Counted from the stretch's first letter, positions 1-10,726 are shown. The stretch: 64,000 nt of DNA from Halarcobacter sp. (GCA_963676565.1 OY781089.1:3072001-3136000), one strand, 5' to 3'. Notes: generated from the letters alone by a model not told the origin. A program made the numbers and translations.

Positions 1-17
1 TAATACTCAAAAATATA

Positions 18-632
18 TTAATTTACTAAAAATCTTTGCTCTACTAAAAGTTTTCCCTTTTCATAAATCTTACCTTCAAAGATATCGCCTTCAACAAAAT
101 TTCCAACACCCTTTGGTGTACCTGTCATTAGAATATCTCCATCTTCAAAAGATGAAAAAGTTAAAACTTCGTCAATAATTTCTTTTGGTTTGTTTATCAT
201 TAAAGATACTCCACCTTTTTGTTTAAGTTCACCATTTATATAAAGTTCTAACTCTAGGTCTTCAATATTTCCATTAAAATTCACAAATGGAGAAAATACA
301 GCTGAACCATTGAAACATTTTGCCCTTTCCCAAGGCAAACCTTTTTTCTTTAAAGAGCTTTGAACCTCTCTTAATGTTAAATCTAATCCAAATCCAACTG
401 CAGAGATTTTATTTTCTTCTATCAAAAAAGAGATCTCAGCTTCATAATGACATGAACTATTTCCCTTTGGAAAATTTAATAGTGTAGAAACAGAAGAATT
501 AGGTTTAAAAAAGAAAACCATCTCCTCAGGAGTTTCATTATTTAACTCTTTAATATGTTCTGTATAATTTCGTCCAATACATACAACTTTTGATGGATAT
601 ATTCTCTCTTTTGCTATTAAAATATGATTCAT
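18..632 (-). CDS. Fumarylacetoacetate hydrolase family protein (YcgM/FAHD1-like)
   Basis: KVVCIGRNY..H, FFFKP, HYEAE, DLTLR, WERAK and GDILMTGTPKGVG motifs of the FAH family. Confidence 0.9.
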   Translation of the reverse strand: MNHILIAKERIYPSKVVCIGRNYTEHIKELNNETPEEMVFFFKPNSSVSTLLNFPKGNSSCHYEAEISFLIEENKISAVGFGLDLTLREVQSSLKKKGLPWERAKCFNGSAVFSPFVNFNGNIEDLELELYINGELKQKGGVSLMINKPKEIIDEVLTFSSFEDGDILMTGTPKGVGNFVEGDIFEGKIYEKGKLLVEQRFLVN

Positions 633-1468
633 TTATTTAATACCTTTAATCTTTTTTGGGAAAATGCATCTCCTGATTTTTTATACCATGTTATTGCTTT
701 TTGTTTATCTTTTTCAACGCCATAACCCTTTTCATATAAATAACCAAGCCAAGACATCGAATGTTTATCATTTTGTTGTGCAGCTTTACTAAATAATTCA
801 AATGCTTTTTCGTAATCCTTTTCTACACCATAACCTTTTGCATAAAGGTATCCTAATTGAGATATTCCATATGCATTATCTTTTTTAGCAGTTTTTTCAT
901 ACCAATATCTAGCTTTTTTATAATCTTTTTCTACTGACCAGCCCATTTCGTAATAGTATCCAAGTTCATTTTGAGCATAAGTATCACCCTGAAATGCTGC
1001 TTTTTTAAAATATGAAAAGGCTTTATTTAAATCCTTTTCTACACCATTACCTCTATCATATAAATAAGCAAGTTCCCTTTGGGCAACTGAGTCATCTTTA
1101 CTAGCTGCTTTTTCTAACCAAATATATCCATTTTTGTAATCTTTATAATCTAAAACATAGTTTAAGCCTAATTCTCTTTGGGAATATATATCTCCAGCTT
1201 TAGCTGCTTTTAAATACCAATTGGTAGCTTTTGTTTTATCTTTATCTACTATTTTTCCAACATTGTAATAATATGCAACCCAACTTTGTGCAATAACATC
1301 ACCCTCTTTTGCCTTTTCTAAATAACAATAAAATCTATCCATATTAACTGGAAAACTTTTACAATCATCTATATTGGCATATTTTTTATTTGATAAATTT
1401 GCCTGTCCACTTGCACACCCTGTCAACAAAAAACCTAAAAATACTAAAACAATTAACTTAAATTGCAT
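629..1468 (-). CDS. Sel1-repeat lipoprotein
   Basis: Lipobox LLTGC; repeated A.Q..LG..Y..G.GVEKD..KA..WY.KAA units. Confidence 0.9.
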   Translation of the reverse strand: MQFKLIVLVFLGFLLTGCASGQANLSNKKYANIDDCKSFPVNMDRFYCYLEKAKEGDVIAQSWVAYYYNVGKIVDKDKTKATNWYLKAAKAGDIYSQRELGLNYVLDYKDYKNGYIWLEKAASKDDSVAQRELAYLYDRGNGVEKDLNKAFSYFKKAAFQGDTYAQNELGYYYEMGWSVEKDYKKARYWYEKTAKKDNAYGISQLGYLYAKGYGVEKDYEKAFELFSKAAQQNDKHSMSWLGYLYEKGYGVEKDKQKAITWYKKSGDAFSQKRLKVLNK

Positions 1469-1477
1469 ATCTTTCTC

Positions 1478-2134
1478 CTAAATTAATTTTTTTATTAAAT
1501 CATTGATAATAACTGCTGTTAAACCCCAAATTATGTCACCTTTGTAGTCATAAACCCAAACTCTATGTCGTCTATGTCCCCAAGGTTTATGATAAGCTTC
1601 AGGTAAACCTAACTCTTCAACAGGAAAAAGAATCTCTTTATTCCCATCAGCATCTATAGTATATGGATGAACTTGATACTTTAAATTATATTCAATTGGG
1701 GGATTATTTTTAAAAAAATCTAAGGGAATAATTAATACATCTTCAACTTCATTTTTATCAATTACCATATTTTTGATTGCTCTTTTTTTTACTCTAGCTA
1801 CAAAAGATTCAACCAAAGCACCAATGGGAGCTACATAAGTGTCTAATTGCCCTATTACTTTGATATCTTTTTTCTTAATACCCAATTCTTCATAGGTTTC
1901 CCTTAAAGCAGTCTCTTTAAAATTTTTATCATTTTCTTCTTTTCTTCCACCAGGGAAACATATATCACCACCTTGTCTTATGTGGGCAGCTCTTTTTTGG
2001 AAAATCAAATAATAATCATCTTTTTTCTTAACAATAGGAATTAAAACTGCTGAATTAAAATATCTATCCCTTGCCATAACTCCTGGTTTTTCAGGTAGAT
2101 TTTTGACAAGTTTTTTAAGCTCTTTCTTTTTCAT
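1478..2134 (-). CDS. Nudix hydrolase, CoA pyrophosphatase-like
   Basis: SAVLIP, KR..HIR..G.ICFPGG, Nudix box TALRETYEELG, IWGLTA. Confidence 0.85.
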   Translation of the reverse strand: MKKKELKKLVKNLPEKPGVMARDRYFNSAVLIPIVKKKDDYYLIFQKRAAHIRQGGDICFPGGRKEENDKNFKETALRETYEELGIKKKDIKVIGQLDTYVAPIGALVESFVARVKKRAIKNMVIDKNEVEDVLIIPLDFFKNNPPIEYNLKYQVHPYTIDADGNKEILFPVEELGLPEAYHKPWGHRRHRVWVYDYKGDIIWGLTAVIINDLIKKLI

Positions 2135-2284
2135 ATTACCTTATTCAAATTTTTAAAAAAGTATAGCAAAAAAATTTAAAATATCATATTTTTGTCATAT
2201 GTTCATTATATAATTTTGTTATCCCCATTCATTGAAAACTCATAGAATGATGATTAGTTTAAATACTAGTCGACCTTTTTTAAA

Positions 2285-2321
2285 TAATTTAAAGTCGTAT
2301 TCGCTCCACGACTTTAAATTA
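2285..2321. other. Perfect 14-bp hairpin in a divergent intergenic region (possible sRNA or terminator)
   Basis: TAATTTAAAGTCGT (2285-2298) / ACGACTTTAAATTA (2308-2321), loop ATTCGCTCC; TATAAT upstream at 2209-2214. Confidence 0.55.
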
Positions 2322-2413
2322 AATAACTAGTTTTGATATATTCTTATTACAATATTTATTTGAGTTTAACATTTTTCAAGTATCATTTTAATAAAATAAT
2401 AAAAAGGCTATGG

Positions 2414-5400
2414 ATGAAAGTTATTTTAATATTTCTCTTTCTTTTTACATCTATTTTTGCTAAAGAAATTTCTTTTACAAAAGAGGAAAAAGAGTTTATT
2501 AAAAATCATACGCCTATAAAAGTCGCCTCAATAAAATCATATATCCCCTTTAGTTATGAAAAAAATAATAATAAAATCGGACTTACACATGACCTACTTG
2601 ATTTAATATCTAAAAAAAGTGGCTTAAAATTTGAAAAAGTAAATGGCTCATGGTCAACAATTTTTAAAAAGTTTAAAAATAAAGAGGTTGATATAATAAG
2701 TGAAATCTCTTATAAAAAAGATAGAGAAGCCTATACAGTTTTTACAGATTCTTATTACGAAGTACCAATTGGGATTTTTACAAATGGACTAATAAAATAT
2801 GAGGGGATAAAATCTTTAGAGGGTAAAAGAATAGGAATCTTAAAGGGTTCATTCTTTATTCAAGTTTTAAAAAATATTAAAGATATTGAAGTTATTGAAT
2901 TAGAATCAGAAAAAGAAAAACTTTTTTATCTACTAAACAACCAAGTTGATTTAATAATTAGCAATGCTATGACAGAAAACTACACCTATAATCTAATGTA
3001 CAAAGATGTAAAACTAAGTGGTTTCTTTGAAAGTGAACAAATAAGTAAAGAAGATTTGCGATTTGGAATACAAAAAGAGAATAAAATATTAAGTTCAATT
3101 TTTTTAAAAACCTTTAATTCTATCTCATTAACAGAGATGATTCAATTAAAAAAAGACTGGATATATTCAAATAAAAACCTTTATTCTAAAGCATATCTAA
3201 CAATTGAAGAAAAGAATTTCATAGAAGACAATGTGATAAAAGTTGGAATAGAAAGTTCTAAACCATATATCTTTTTCAATGAAAAGAAAAATGATATTGA
3301 TGGATTTTATTCTGATATTTTTAAACTGGTTTTAGAAAAAACTGGTTTAAAAGTTGAATATGTAAAAGATTCATGGAATAATCTATTAAATAGTTTCAAA
3401 GAGGGAGAAATTGACTTACTTCCAGCAACTTTTTATAATAAAAAAAGAGAAAACTTTGGCTTATTTACAAAAGAATACTACAAAGTTAAAGAGTATATTT
3501 ATACAAAATCATTAAACTACAATGACTTAAAAAACTTAAACAATAAAAAAGTTGCTATTGTAAAAAGTTATGCAACAATTGATAAGCTTAAGAAAAAATT
3601 TCCTGATATTCAAATAATAGAAACAGAAAGCCTAGCTCAATCAGTTTCTTTAGCTTTAAATGAAAGTGTTGATGCCCTTATTGATTATCATTTAGTAGTA
3701 GAAAACTTTTTATTTGAAAATGCAATTTTAGATTTAAAAGGTAGTCCACAAAACTATTTAAACGCTGCTTCAGTTCACTATTTTTCTAAAAAAGATCAAC
3801 CTATTTTAAACTCTATTTTACAAAAAGGTTTAGATTCAATCCTAAAAGAAGAAAAAAATAAACTATACAACAATTGGTTTACTGCAAGTAGTATTTTAAG
3901 TTCCCAAAATTCAAAAACAATAAAAGAGAAAGAATTTATTCAAAAACACCCTCTAATAAAATTTAGAGTAAGACCAAATAGAGCTCCTTATGAATTTGAA
4001 AATAATGGAGAAGCTGCAGGGCTAGCAGTTGATTATGTAAGAGAGAGTGCAAAAAAAATGGGTCTTAACGTTGAGTTTATTATAAATGATGATTCTGTTA
4101 AAGATGCATTTTATCATATAAATAATGATAGAAAAAAATATGATACTTTGATTTATACAGTTAAAAATCCTGATAGGGAAAAGAAATTTTCTTTTGGTAT
4201 TGAATTTCTATCTTACCCACTTATGATTATTACAAACAAAGATGCAGATTATGTTGGATCAATGAATAGTTTAAATAATAAAACAGTAGTTTTAGAAAAA
4301 GGTTTTTTAACAAATAAATGGATAAAAAGAGATTATCCAAAAATAAATATTATAAATGCAAAAGACACAAAAAGTGCATTAGAGATGGTAAATGACAATA
4401 AAGATATTACATATATAGGGAATTTAGGAGTTGCTAATTATCTTAGAGTTCATAATAAATTAGAAAATATAAAAATAGCTGCCCCAAGTGGATATGGAGA
4501 TATAAACTATAGTTTTGTAGCCCCTAAAAAATGGCCAGAGTTGGCTTCTTTACTAAGTAAGGGATTTAAGCAAATAACTCCAACTGAACATATAAAAATT
4601 CAACAAAAATGGTTTTCAGTTCAAGAAATCAAACAAACAGATTATTCTTTAATATTTAAAACCTCTATTATTTCACTTTTTATAATAATTTGGATTTTAT
4701 GGTGGAATAGAAAACTATCAAGGGAAAAAGATAAAACTAAAAAGGCATTGGATGAACTTCAAAAAGCTAAGAATCTTTTAGAAGAAAAAAATAAAGAAGT
4801 TTTAATCTCTCAACAGTTTTTAGAATCGGTTTTAGATGAGAGTCCTAATCCAATAATTATTAAAGATTATAATAATAAATTTATTTTAGTAAATGAAGCC
4901 TTAGCTAAACTTTATAATACAACAAAAGAAAAATTAATTGGAAAAGAGGATGGTTCATTTCTTGATGACAAGGAGATGGCTAACTTTTACAAAGAGAATA
5001 CTAGAAGCGTTATGGATAAAGGTAAAACTCAAATTGTATATGAAGATTCAATGGATTTGAAAACTGGCGAGATTAAAAACTTCATGTCCATAAAAAAACC
5101 ATTTAAAGATACTAATGGGAATCAACTAATATTAGTTATTGCAAATGATATTACAGAAATTAAAAAACTTGAAGCTGAAAGATTAAAAAATCAAGAATTG
5201 ATTTTCCAACAATCTAAAACTGCTTCAATGGGTGAGATGATAGGAAACATTGCCCACCAATGGAGACAACCTTTATCTATTATATCAACTGCTTCTACTG
5301 GTCTTATTGTGGAAAAAGAATTGGGAGTTTTAGATGATAGTAAACTTGTTGATACTCTAAAAAGTATAAATGATTATACACAACATCTATCTAATACTAT

Positions 5401-5896
5401 TGAAACATTTAGGGAGTATATAAAAGATACTAAAGAGTTTAAAGAAGTTATATTACAAGATAGAATAAAAGTTGCAATAAGTATTATAAATGCCTCTTTT
5501 AGTAGTAATTTTATAGTTATAAAAACAAATATTGAAGAGATAGAACCAATTAAGATTAAACTTGTTTTAGGTGAACTATCGGAAGTTTTAATTAACATCT
5601 TTAACAATTCAAAGGATGTTTTAAAGGAAAGAAAAATACGATCCCCTTGGGTTGATATTCAATTAAAAAAAGATATAGACAAAGCAATAATAACTGTTGA
5701 AGATAATGGTGGGGGGATTGATGAAAAGATTATTGAAAGAATTTTTGAGCCCTACTTTACAACAAAACATCAATCTCAAGGTACAGGATTAGGTCTTCAT
5801 ATGAGTTATAAAATTATAACTGAAAGTTTAAAAGGTTCAATATATGTTAAAAACACTTCAAATGGAGCGAAGTTCTTTATTGAATTACCCCTTTAA
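2414..5896 (+). CDS. Sensor histidine kinase with three periplasmic solute-binding (SBP_bac_3-like) domains, PAS and HATPase
   Basis: Start placed at ATG 2414 (AAGG RBS, signal peptide MKVILIFLF) rather than TTG 2333; three SBP repeats, one TM, PAS, H-box IAHQWRQPL, EDNGGG, FTTK, GTGLGL. Confidence 0.88.
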   Translation: MKVILIFLFLFTSIFAKEISFTKEEKEFIKNHTPIKVASIKSYIPFSYEKNNNKIGLTHDLLDLISKKSGLKFEKVNGSWSTIFKKFKNKEVDIISEISYKKDREAYTVFTDSYYEVPIGIFTNGLIKYEGIKSLEGKRIGILKGSFFIQVLKNIKDIEVIELESEKEKLFYLLNNQVDLIISNAMTENYTYNLMYKDVKLSGFFESEQISKEDLRFGIQKENKILSSIFLKTFNSISLTEMIQLKKDWIYSNKNLYSKAYLTIEEKNFIEDNVIKVGIESSKPYIFFNEKKNDIDGFYSDIFKLVLEKTGLKVEYVKDSWNNLLNSFKEGEIDLLPATFYNKKRENFGLFTKEYYKVKEYIYTKSLNYNDLKNLNNKKVAIVKSYATIDKLKKKFPDIQIIETESLAQSVSLALNESVDALIDYHLVVENFLFENAILDLKGSPQNYLNAASVHYFSKKDQPILNSILQKGLDSILKEEKNKLYNNWFTASSILSSQNSKTIKEKEFIQKHPLIKFRVRPNRAPYEFENNGEAAGLAVDYVRESAKKMGLNVEFIINDDSVKDAFYHINNDRKKYDTLIYTVKNPDREKKFSFGIEFLSYPLMIITNKDADYVGSMNSLNNKTVVLEKGFLTNKWIKRDYPKINIINAKDTKSALEMVNDNKDITYIGNLGVANYLRVHNKLENIKIAAPSGYGDINYSFVAPKKWPELASLLSKGFKQITPTEHIKIQQKWFSVQEIKQTDYSLIFKTSIISLFIIIWILWWNRKLSREKDKTKKALDELQKAKNLLEEKNKEVLISQQFLESVLDESPNPIIIKDYNNKFILVNEALAKLYNTTKEKLIGKEDGSFLDDKEMANFYKENTRSVMDKGKTQIVYEDSMDLKTGEIKNFMSIKKPFKDTNGNQLILVIANDITEIKKLEAERLKNQELIFQQSKTASMGEMIGNIAHQWRQPLSIISTASTGLIVEKELGVLDDSKLVDTLKSINDYTQHLSNTIETFREYIKDTKEFKEVILQDRIKVAISIINASFSSNFIVIKTNIEEIEPIKIKLVLGELSEVLINIFNNSKDVLKERKIRSPWVDIQLKKDIDKAIITVEDNGGGIDEKIIERIFEPYFTTKHQSQGTGLGLHMSYKIITESLKGSIYVKNTSNGAKFFIELPL

Positions 5897-5900
5897 TATA

Positions 5901-6317
5901 TTATAATTTCCTATTTTGATATTTTGACCAATCTGGCATCTCATGAATATACCCATCAAATAATGATGAAGATATTATAAAATCGGCTGTTTGTCTATTT
6001 GTTGCAATTGTAATTCTATAGGTATCGCATATTCTTCTAAGAGCGGTAATGTCAGGTTCATGGGGTTGAGCTGCCATAGGATCAACAAAGAAAAATAAAA
6101 TATCGATTTTCCCTTCAGCTATCATTGCTCCTATTTGTTGATCTCCACCTAAAGGACCCGATTTTAATCGGTGAACTCCAAAACCTTTTTCTTGTAAAAG
6201 TTTTCCTGTGGTTCCAGTTGCAAATATCACATGTTTTTGTAAAGTACCTTTATTAAATTGTGACCAATCTATCAAATCAAGTTTTAAGTTGTCATGGGCA
6301 ACTAAAGCTATATTCAT
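5901..6317 (-). CDS. mgsA: Methylglyoxal synthase
   Basis: IALVAHD, ATGTTG, SGPLGGDQQIG, DP..AQPHEPD, ATN signature motifs. Confidence 0.95.
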   Translation of the reverse strand: MNIALVAHDNLKLDLIDWSQFNKGTLQKHVIFATGTTGKLLQEKGFGVHRLKSGPLGGDQQIGAMIAEGKIDILFFFVDPMAAQPHEPDITALRRICDTYRITIATNRQTADFIISSSLFDGYIHEMPDWSKYQNRKL

Positions 6318-6389
6318 ATTCGTCCTTTTTATTAAATATAAATTTCTAGTAGATGGTAGATATTCTATCCAAAATGGGATATTAAATTA

Positions 6390-6908
6390 TTAAACTACAT
6401 TTTCTAATAATATATCTTTTGCCCTTGCAACTTCAATAAAAGCCTCATGTGTACCACCAACATCAGGATGTACTTTTTTTACTATAATTTTATAAGCCGT
6501 TTTTATTTGCGTTTTTTCTAGTTGCCCATGAATAGGTAAGTCTAAAAGTTTTCTGTATTTTCTTTCTATTTCTTGATTTGAATTTTCTTTTTTTCTAAAA
6601 AAGCTGTTAATATTTTCATCAAATTCTTTTTGATTTTTTCTTTGGGTAAAAAAGGCTTCTTTTTGGATTATCTCTTTGTCTTCTTCCCACTTTTGTGTAG
6701 TAAAAACTTCACAAGATTCAAAGGCAATTTTTCCATTTAAAATAAGCTCTTCTAAATCAAAAAAGACCATCTCATATGGTTCTTCAAGGTATGCAATAGC
6801 TTTGTAATTCTTTATTTCAATCTTTTCAATCCAAACAAAATCTCTAAGAACAATATCTTTGTTGTAAATGATATAATCTTCTTCTAAAAACTGTTCATAT
6901 CCTTGCAT
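6390..6908 (-). CDS. C-terminal J-domain (DnaJ-like) protein
   Basis: IKTAYK....KVHPDVGG...F.EV..A..IL at the C-terminus. Confidence 0.75.
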   Translation of the reverse strand: MQGYEQFLEEDYIIYNKDIVLRDFVWIEKIEIKNYKAIAYLEEPYEMVFFDLEELILNGKIAFESCEVFTTQKWEEDKEIIQKEAFFTQRKNQKEFDENINSFFRKKENSNQEIERKYRKLLDLPIHGQLEKTQIKTAYKIIVKKVHPDVGGTHEAFIEVARAKDILLENVV

Positions 6909-6970
6909 TGTAATCCCTTATAAAACTTTATATGCAAGAAGTGTGCTTTTACTAAGTATTTAATTAATAA

Positions 6971-7116
6971 AAAGATTGATTTAAGAAGTAAGATTTCAAA
7001 AGAAATCAAGGCTAGAATGAAAATAGATTGAGGAGTTTACTTAAAGTAAATGACTCAATCTATTTTACTGCGAAACGCAGATTTATGAAGAAAGATGTTT
7101 ATTAGAATAAATCTTT
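6971..7116. repeat. Nested palindromic REP/MITE-like intergenic element
   Basis: Core AAAATAGATTGAG (7020-7032) / CTCAATCTATTTT (7054-7066) enclosing a GAG/TGA internal loop and a TTTACT/AGTAAA stem; CTGCG-AAA-CGCAG at 7068-7080; imperfect outer IR AAAGATTGATTTAA / TTAGAATAAATCTTT. Confidence 0.55.
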
Positions 7117-7121
7117 CTGAA

Positions 7122-8654
7122 TTAATGTAAGAAGTGTCTAACACCTGTAAAATATAACGCCATCCCATGCTCATTAGCAGCATCAATAACCTCATCATCT
7201 CTTACTGATCCACCTGGTTCAATTACACATTTTACACCAGCTTCAGCTGCTGCATCAATTGAATCTCTAAATGGGAAGAATGCTTCAGAAGCAAGTACTG
7301 AACCACTTACATCGATACCCATGTCTTCTGCTTTTCTAAGTGCTGCTTTAGCTGCGTCAACTCTTGAAGTCATCCCCATACCAATAGCAACAACTGCAGA
7401 ATCTTTTACATAAACAACACAGTTAGATTTAGTCCCTGCTGCTACTTTAACAGCAATTTCCATATCTTTTTTCTCTTGCTCACTTGCTTCTCTTGTTGTT
7501 TTAAGTTCTGCATTTTTAACTTCATCAACTCCTACAGAATCTGAATCTTGATAAACAAATCCACCATCAACAATCTTGAAGTTAAAGTCATCATTTGCTA
7601 AATCTAATTTAGCAGTACCTTGTTTAAATAGTTTTAGTCTTTTTTTCTTGTTAAACTCTTCAATTGCATCATCTGTGAAATCAGCAGCAAATACAACTTC
7701 CAAAAAGATTTCATTCATTTTTTTAGCTAATTCACCATCAACTACACCATTTACAGCAACAACTCCACCAAATGCAGAAACTGGGTCACATTTTAATGCT
7801 TCAGTATATGATTCAAATAAAGTATCTTTAATAGCAAATCCACAAGGATTTCCATGTTTTACAATACAAACAGCGTTATCATCCCCAAAGTTTGCAGCTA
7901 TTTTTGCTGCACCACTAATATCACCCATATTGTTAAATGATGCTTCACCTTTTACAGTGATAAATTTTTCTGATAAATGCTTATCAAACTCGTATAATGC
8001 ACCTTTTTGGTGTGGATTTTCTCCATATCTTGTATCAAATACTTTTTCACCAACGATGAATTGTTTTGCTCCCATTCCACCATTGAATCTTTTATTCATA
8101 TAATTTGCAATCATTGAATCATAAGCAGCCGTATGCTCATATGCTTTAATCATCATATCTCTTCTAAATTCAATAGTATTAGTATCATTTTTAAGGTTGT
8201 TTAATACCACATCATAATCAGCTACATCAGTTACAATGATTACAGAATCATGGTTTTTAGCAGCAGATCTAACCATTGCTGGACCACCAATATCAATATT
8301 TTCAATAATCTCTTCAAAGTCATCAGTTTTTTCAATAGTTGCTTTAAATGGATAAAGGTTTACACATACTAAATCAATACCTTCAACACCTAACTCTTTT
8401 GCTTGGTCAAGGTGTGATTGTTTGTCTCTTCTATGTAAAATACCACCATGGATATATGGGTTTAAAGTTTTAACTCTACCTTCAAAACACTCTGGGAATT
8501 TTGTAACTTCATTTGCTTCAATTACTGCAATTCCAGCTTCTTTTAGTTTGTTGTAAGTACCACCAGTTGAAATAATTTCATATCCTAAAGATACTAACTC
8601 TTTAGCAAAGTTTTCAACTCCACTTTTGTCGCTAACGCTAATTAATGCTCTCAT
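7122..8654 (-). CDS. purH: Bifunctional AICAR transformylase / IMP cyclohydrolase
   Basis: [47 protein letters not shown]. Confidence 0.98.
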   Translation of the reverse strand: MRALISVSDKSGVENFAKELVSLGYEIISTGGTYNKLKEAGIAVIEANEVTKFPECFEGRVKTLNPYIHGGILHRRDKQSHLDQAKELGVEGIDLVCVNLYPFKATIEKTDDFEEIIENIDIGGPAMVRSAAKNHDSVIIVTDVADYDVVLNNLKNDTNTIEFRRDMMIKAYEHTAAYDSMIANYMNKRFNGGMGAKQFIVGEKVFDTRYGENPHQKGALYEFDKHLSEKFITVKGEASFNNMGDISGAAKIAANFGDDNAVCIVKHGNPCGFAIKDTLFESYTEALKCDPVSAFGGVVAVNGVVDGELAKKMNEIFLEVVFAADFTDDAIEEFNKKKRLKLFKQGTAKLDLANDDFNFKIVDGGFVYQDSDSVGVDEVKNAELKTTREASEQEKKDMEIAVKVAAGTKSNCVVYVKDSAVVAIGMGMTSRVDAAKAALRKAEDMGIDVSGSVLASEAFFPFRDSIDAAAEAGVKCVIEPGGSVRDDEVIDAANEHGMALYFTGVRHFLH

Positions 8655-8746
8655 TAAGATTTACCTTTTGATTGTTGTTTCTTGTAAGTTTTCGCGGATT
8701 ATACTTAAAGTTTATTTAATAAAGGCTTTTATAAGTTTATAGAAGA

Positions 8747-8767
8747 GGAGATTGAATTTCAATCTCC
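8747..8767 (-). terminator. Putative intrinsic terminator of the NosL-family gene
   Basis: GGAGATTGA / TCAATCTCC stem about 10 nt after the stop at 8777; weak U-tract. Confidence 0.5.
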
Positions 8768-8776
8768 CTATGGATT

Positions 8777-9478
8777 TTATTTTCTTCCTAAGAAAAGACC
8801 AACTTGTTGTAAAGGTTTCCCTTTCATCTCACCACAAGTTTTATTTTCAGTAATATAAGCTTTAGCTTCTGCTACTGAATCAAATTTTACATCAATTTTT
8901 TTACACATTTTATTGTAAATTTTTTCACCCATTTTTGCAGCTTTTGCTTGTCTTTTTAAGATCATTGCTTTCTCTTTTTCCATCCCTTTTGCAACTAACT
9001 CATAAACTTCATCATATTTTTTTATCTCACCACCATTTGCTTTTTGGAAAGCTATAGCATCTGATTCATTAGCAAATCCATACTTACTAGTCATACTCAT
9101 AGTACCAGGCTTAGAACTTCCAACAACATAAGTAGCATCTTTTGCATCTATAAATTTTAAAGTTTTATTATCAACAACTTTCTCATCAGTCAATTTTGTC
9201 CCATTTAACTCTTTATCTTCAACCATACAATGGATTGAACAATACTGTTTTGTGTGACCTTCATGGTTTGCTGCATGATTTGTTTTATAAAACATTGGTA
9301 AAGTCATACCACAAATTGGACAATATTTTTTTGTTTTACCCTCTTGAACAATTGTTGCTTTTTCCATAGGCACTGCTTGATACATCATTTTTTTTGGTTT
9401 TTTATCCATATCCCCCGCACCAAATGCAAATGTTAAAGATATAATAGCCAAAAGTGACACTTTGAAAATTTTATTCAT
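8777..9478 (-). CDS. Exported NosL-family metal-binding protein
   Basis: Signal peptide; CPICGM, YCSIHC, YVVGS..PGTM motifs of NosL/MerB-like domains. Confidence 0.8.
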   Translation of the reverse strand: MNKIFKVSLLAIISLTFAFGAGDMDKKPKKMMYQAVPMEKATIVQEGKTKKYCPICGMTLPMFYKTNHAANHEGHTKQYCSIHCMVEDKELNGTKLTDEKVVDNKTLKFIDAKDATYVVGSSKPGTMSMTSKYGFANESDAIAFQKANGGEIKKYDEVYELVAKGMEKEKAMILKRQAKAAKMGEKIYNKMCKKIDVKFDSVAEAKAYITENKTCGEMKGKPLQQVGLFLGRK

Positions 9479-9524
9479 CTTCTTCTCCTAAAATATATAT
9501 ATTGATATAATCTTACTCTTTATA

Positions 9525-9568
9525 TGTTAAATTACTGTTAATTAACTGTTATTTAACTCTTAATTGCT
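9525..9568. promoter_or_regulatory. Four imperfect 11-bp direct repeats in a divergent promoter (likely regulator binding array)
   Basis: TGTTAAATTAC, TGTTAATTAAC, TGTTATTTAAC, TCTTAATTGCT in tandem. Confidence 0.55.
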
Positions 9569-9601
9569 ATTATTAATTAATTTTTTATAAAAGGATTTAC
9601 T

Positions 9602-10726
9602 TTGTTCAAATATGTTTTAGTTTTTATGATTTTCTTTACAGCTTATTTAAATGCAGCGACATTCTCCAAAGAAGCCAGCAAAGAACCAATTTTAGTTCAA
9701 AAAGGTGAAGAAAAACATTGGTGCCCTGTTTGTGGAATGAGCATAAAAAATTTTTACAAGACTTCACATACTTCAACTTTAGAAAATGGAACAGTAAGAC
9801 AATATTGCTCAATAAGATGTTTAGCAAAAGATAAAGAAGAGTATGGGATAGATGAGAACAACATCAAAGTAATTGATGCAAAACATGAAAAACTAATAGA
9901 TGCGAAAAAAGCTTTTTATGTAATTGGAAGCAAGGTAAAAGGTACAATGAGTATGACTAGTAAACTTGCCTTTGAAAAAGAGCTTGATGCTAAAGAATTT
10001 ATGAAACAATATGGTGGAAAGATTGCAAGTTTTGATGAAGCATTGAAAGAAGCTCAAAATTCATTAAAAAAAGATGATGCAAACACCAAAAATAAAAAAA
10101 TAAAAAAAGTTTATCCAATGGGTAAAAAAATCTTTGAAAAACTATGTAATGAAGATATCGACCCAACAGAGTATATAGAGATTAATGAATTAAAAGCAGA
10201 TATAAAAAACAATAAGCTTTGTAAAAGATTAGATGAAAAAAAGCTACAAGCAGTTGCTTTATATCTATGGGAAGTTAAAAGATTTGGAGATTTAGATTCA
10301 ATCAAAAATAAAGTACAAGTTGAAGAAAGAGAAAAGTGTCCTGTATGTGGAATGTTTGTTGCAAAATATCCAAGATGGGCGGCACAAATATTTTATAAAC
10401 ATGGTGATCATGAACATAAATTTTCATTTGATGGTGTTAAAGATATGATGAAATTTTACTTTAATCCAAAAAAATGGGGAGATTATCCTGTTTCTAAAGA
10501 TATGATTAGTAAAATCTTAGTTACAGATTATTATTCTCAAGAAGCTATTGATGGAAGTAAGGCTTTTTATGTAATTGGTTCAGATGTATATGGACCAATG
10601 GGTAATGAGTTGATTCCATTTATTAATGAAAATGATGCAAAAATATTCAAAAATGATCATGATGGAACAAAAATAGTGAGATTTGATAAAATTATTGAAG
10701 ATGAAGTTTATAAATTAGATGAATAA
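9602..10726 (+). CDS. Exported tandem (two-domain) NosL-family protein
   Basis: TTG start with AAGGA RBS; two CPVCGM motifs, YCSIRC, FDGVKDM, YVIGSDVYGPMG..LIPF. Confidence 0.85.
   Translation: MFKYVLVFMIFFTAYLNAATFSKEASKEPILVQKGEEKHWCPVCGMSIKNFYKTSHTSTLENGTVRQYCSIRCLAKDKEEYGIDENNIKVIDAKHEKLIDAKKAFYVIGSKVKGTMSMTSKLAFEKELDAKEFMKQYGGKIASFDEALKEAQNSLKKDDANTKNKKIKKVYPMGKKIFEKLCNEDIDPTEYIEINELKADIKNNKLCKRLDEKKLQAVALYLWEVKRFGDLDSIKNKVQVEEREKCPVCGMFVAKYPRWAAQIFYKHGDHEHKFSFDGVKDMMKFYFNPKKWGDYPVSKDMISKILVTDYYSQEAIDGSKAFYVIGSDVYGPMGNELIPFINENDAKIFKNDHDGTKIVRFDKIIEDEVYKLDE

Noticed and set aside
2247..2330. 27-codon ORF MMISLNTSRP... as a leader peptide
   Set aside because: No SD sequence and no regulatory codon run; the hairpin explains the region at least as well.
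6933..6948. Sigma-54-like promoter AAGCACACTTCTTGCA before the J-domain gene
   Set aside because: Lacks the invariant -24 GG.
7576..8103. Antisense or shadow ORFs from the track (also 5374-5607, 12161-12706, 15905-16228, 39728-39955, 61589-61942 and other short ones)
   Set aside because: They overlap well-supported genes on the opposite strand, show no recognisable motifs, and are typical of codon-bias shadows.
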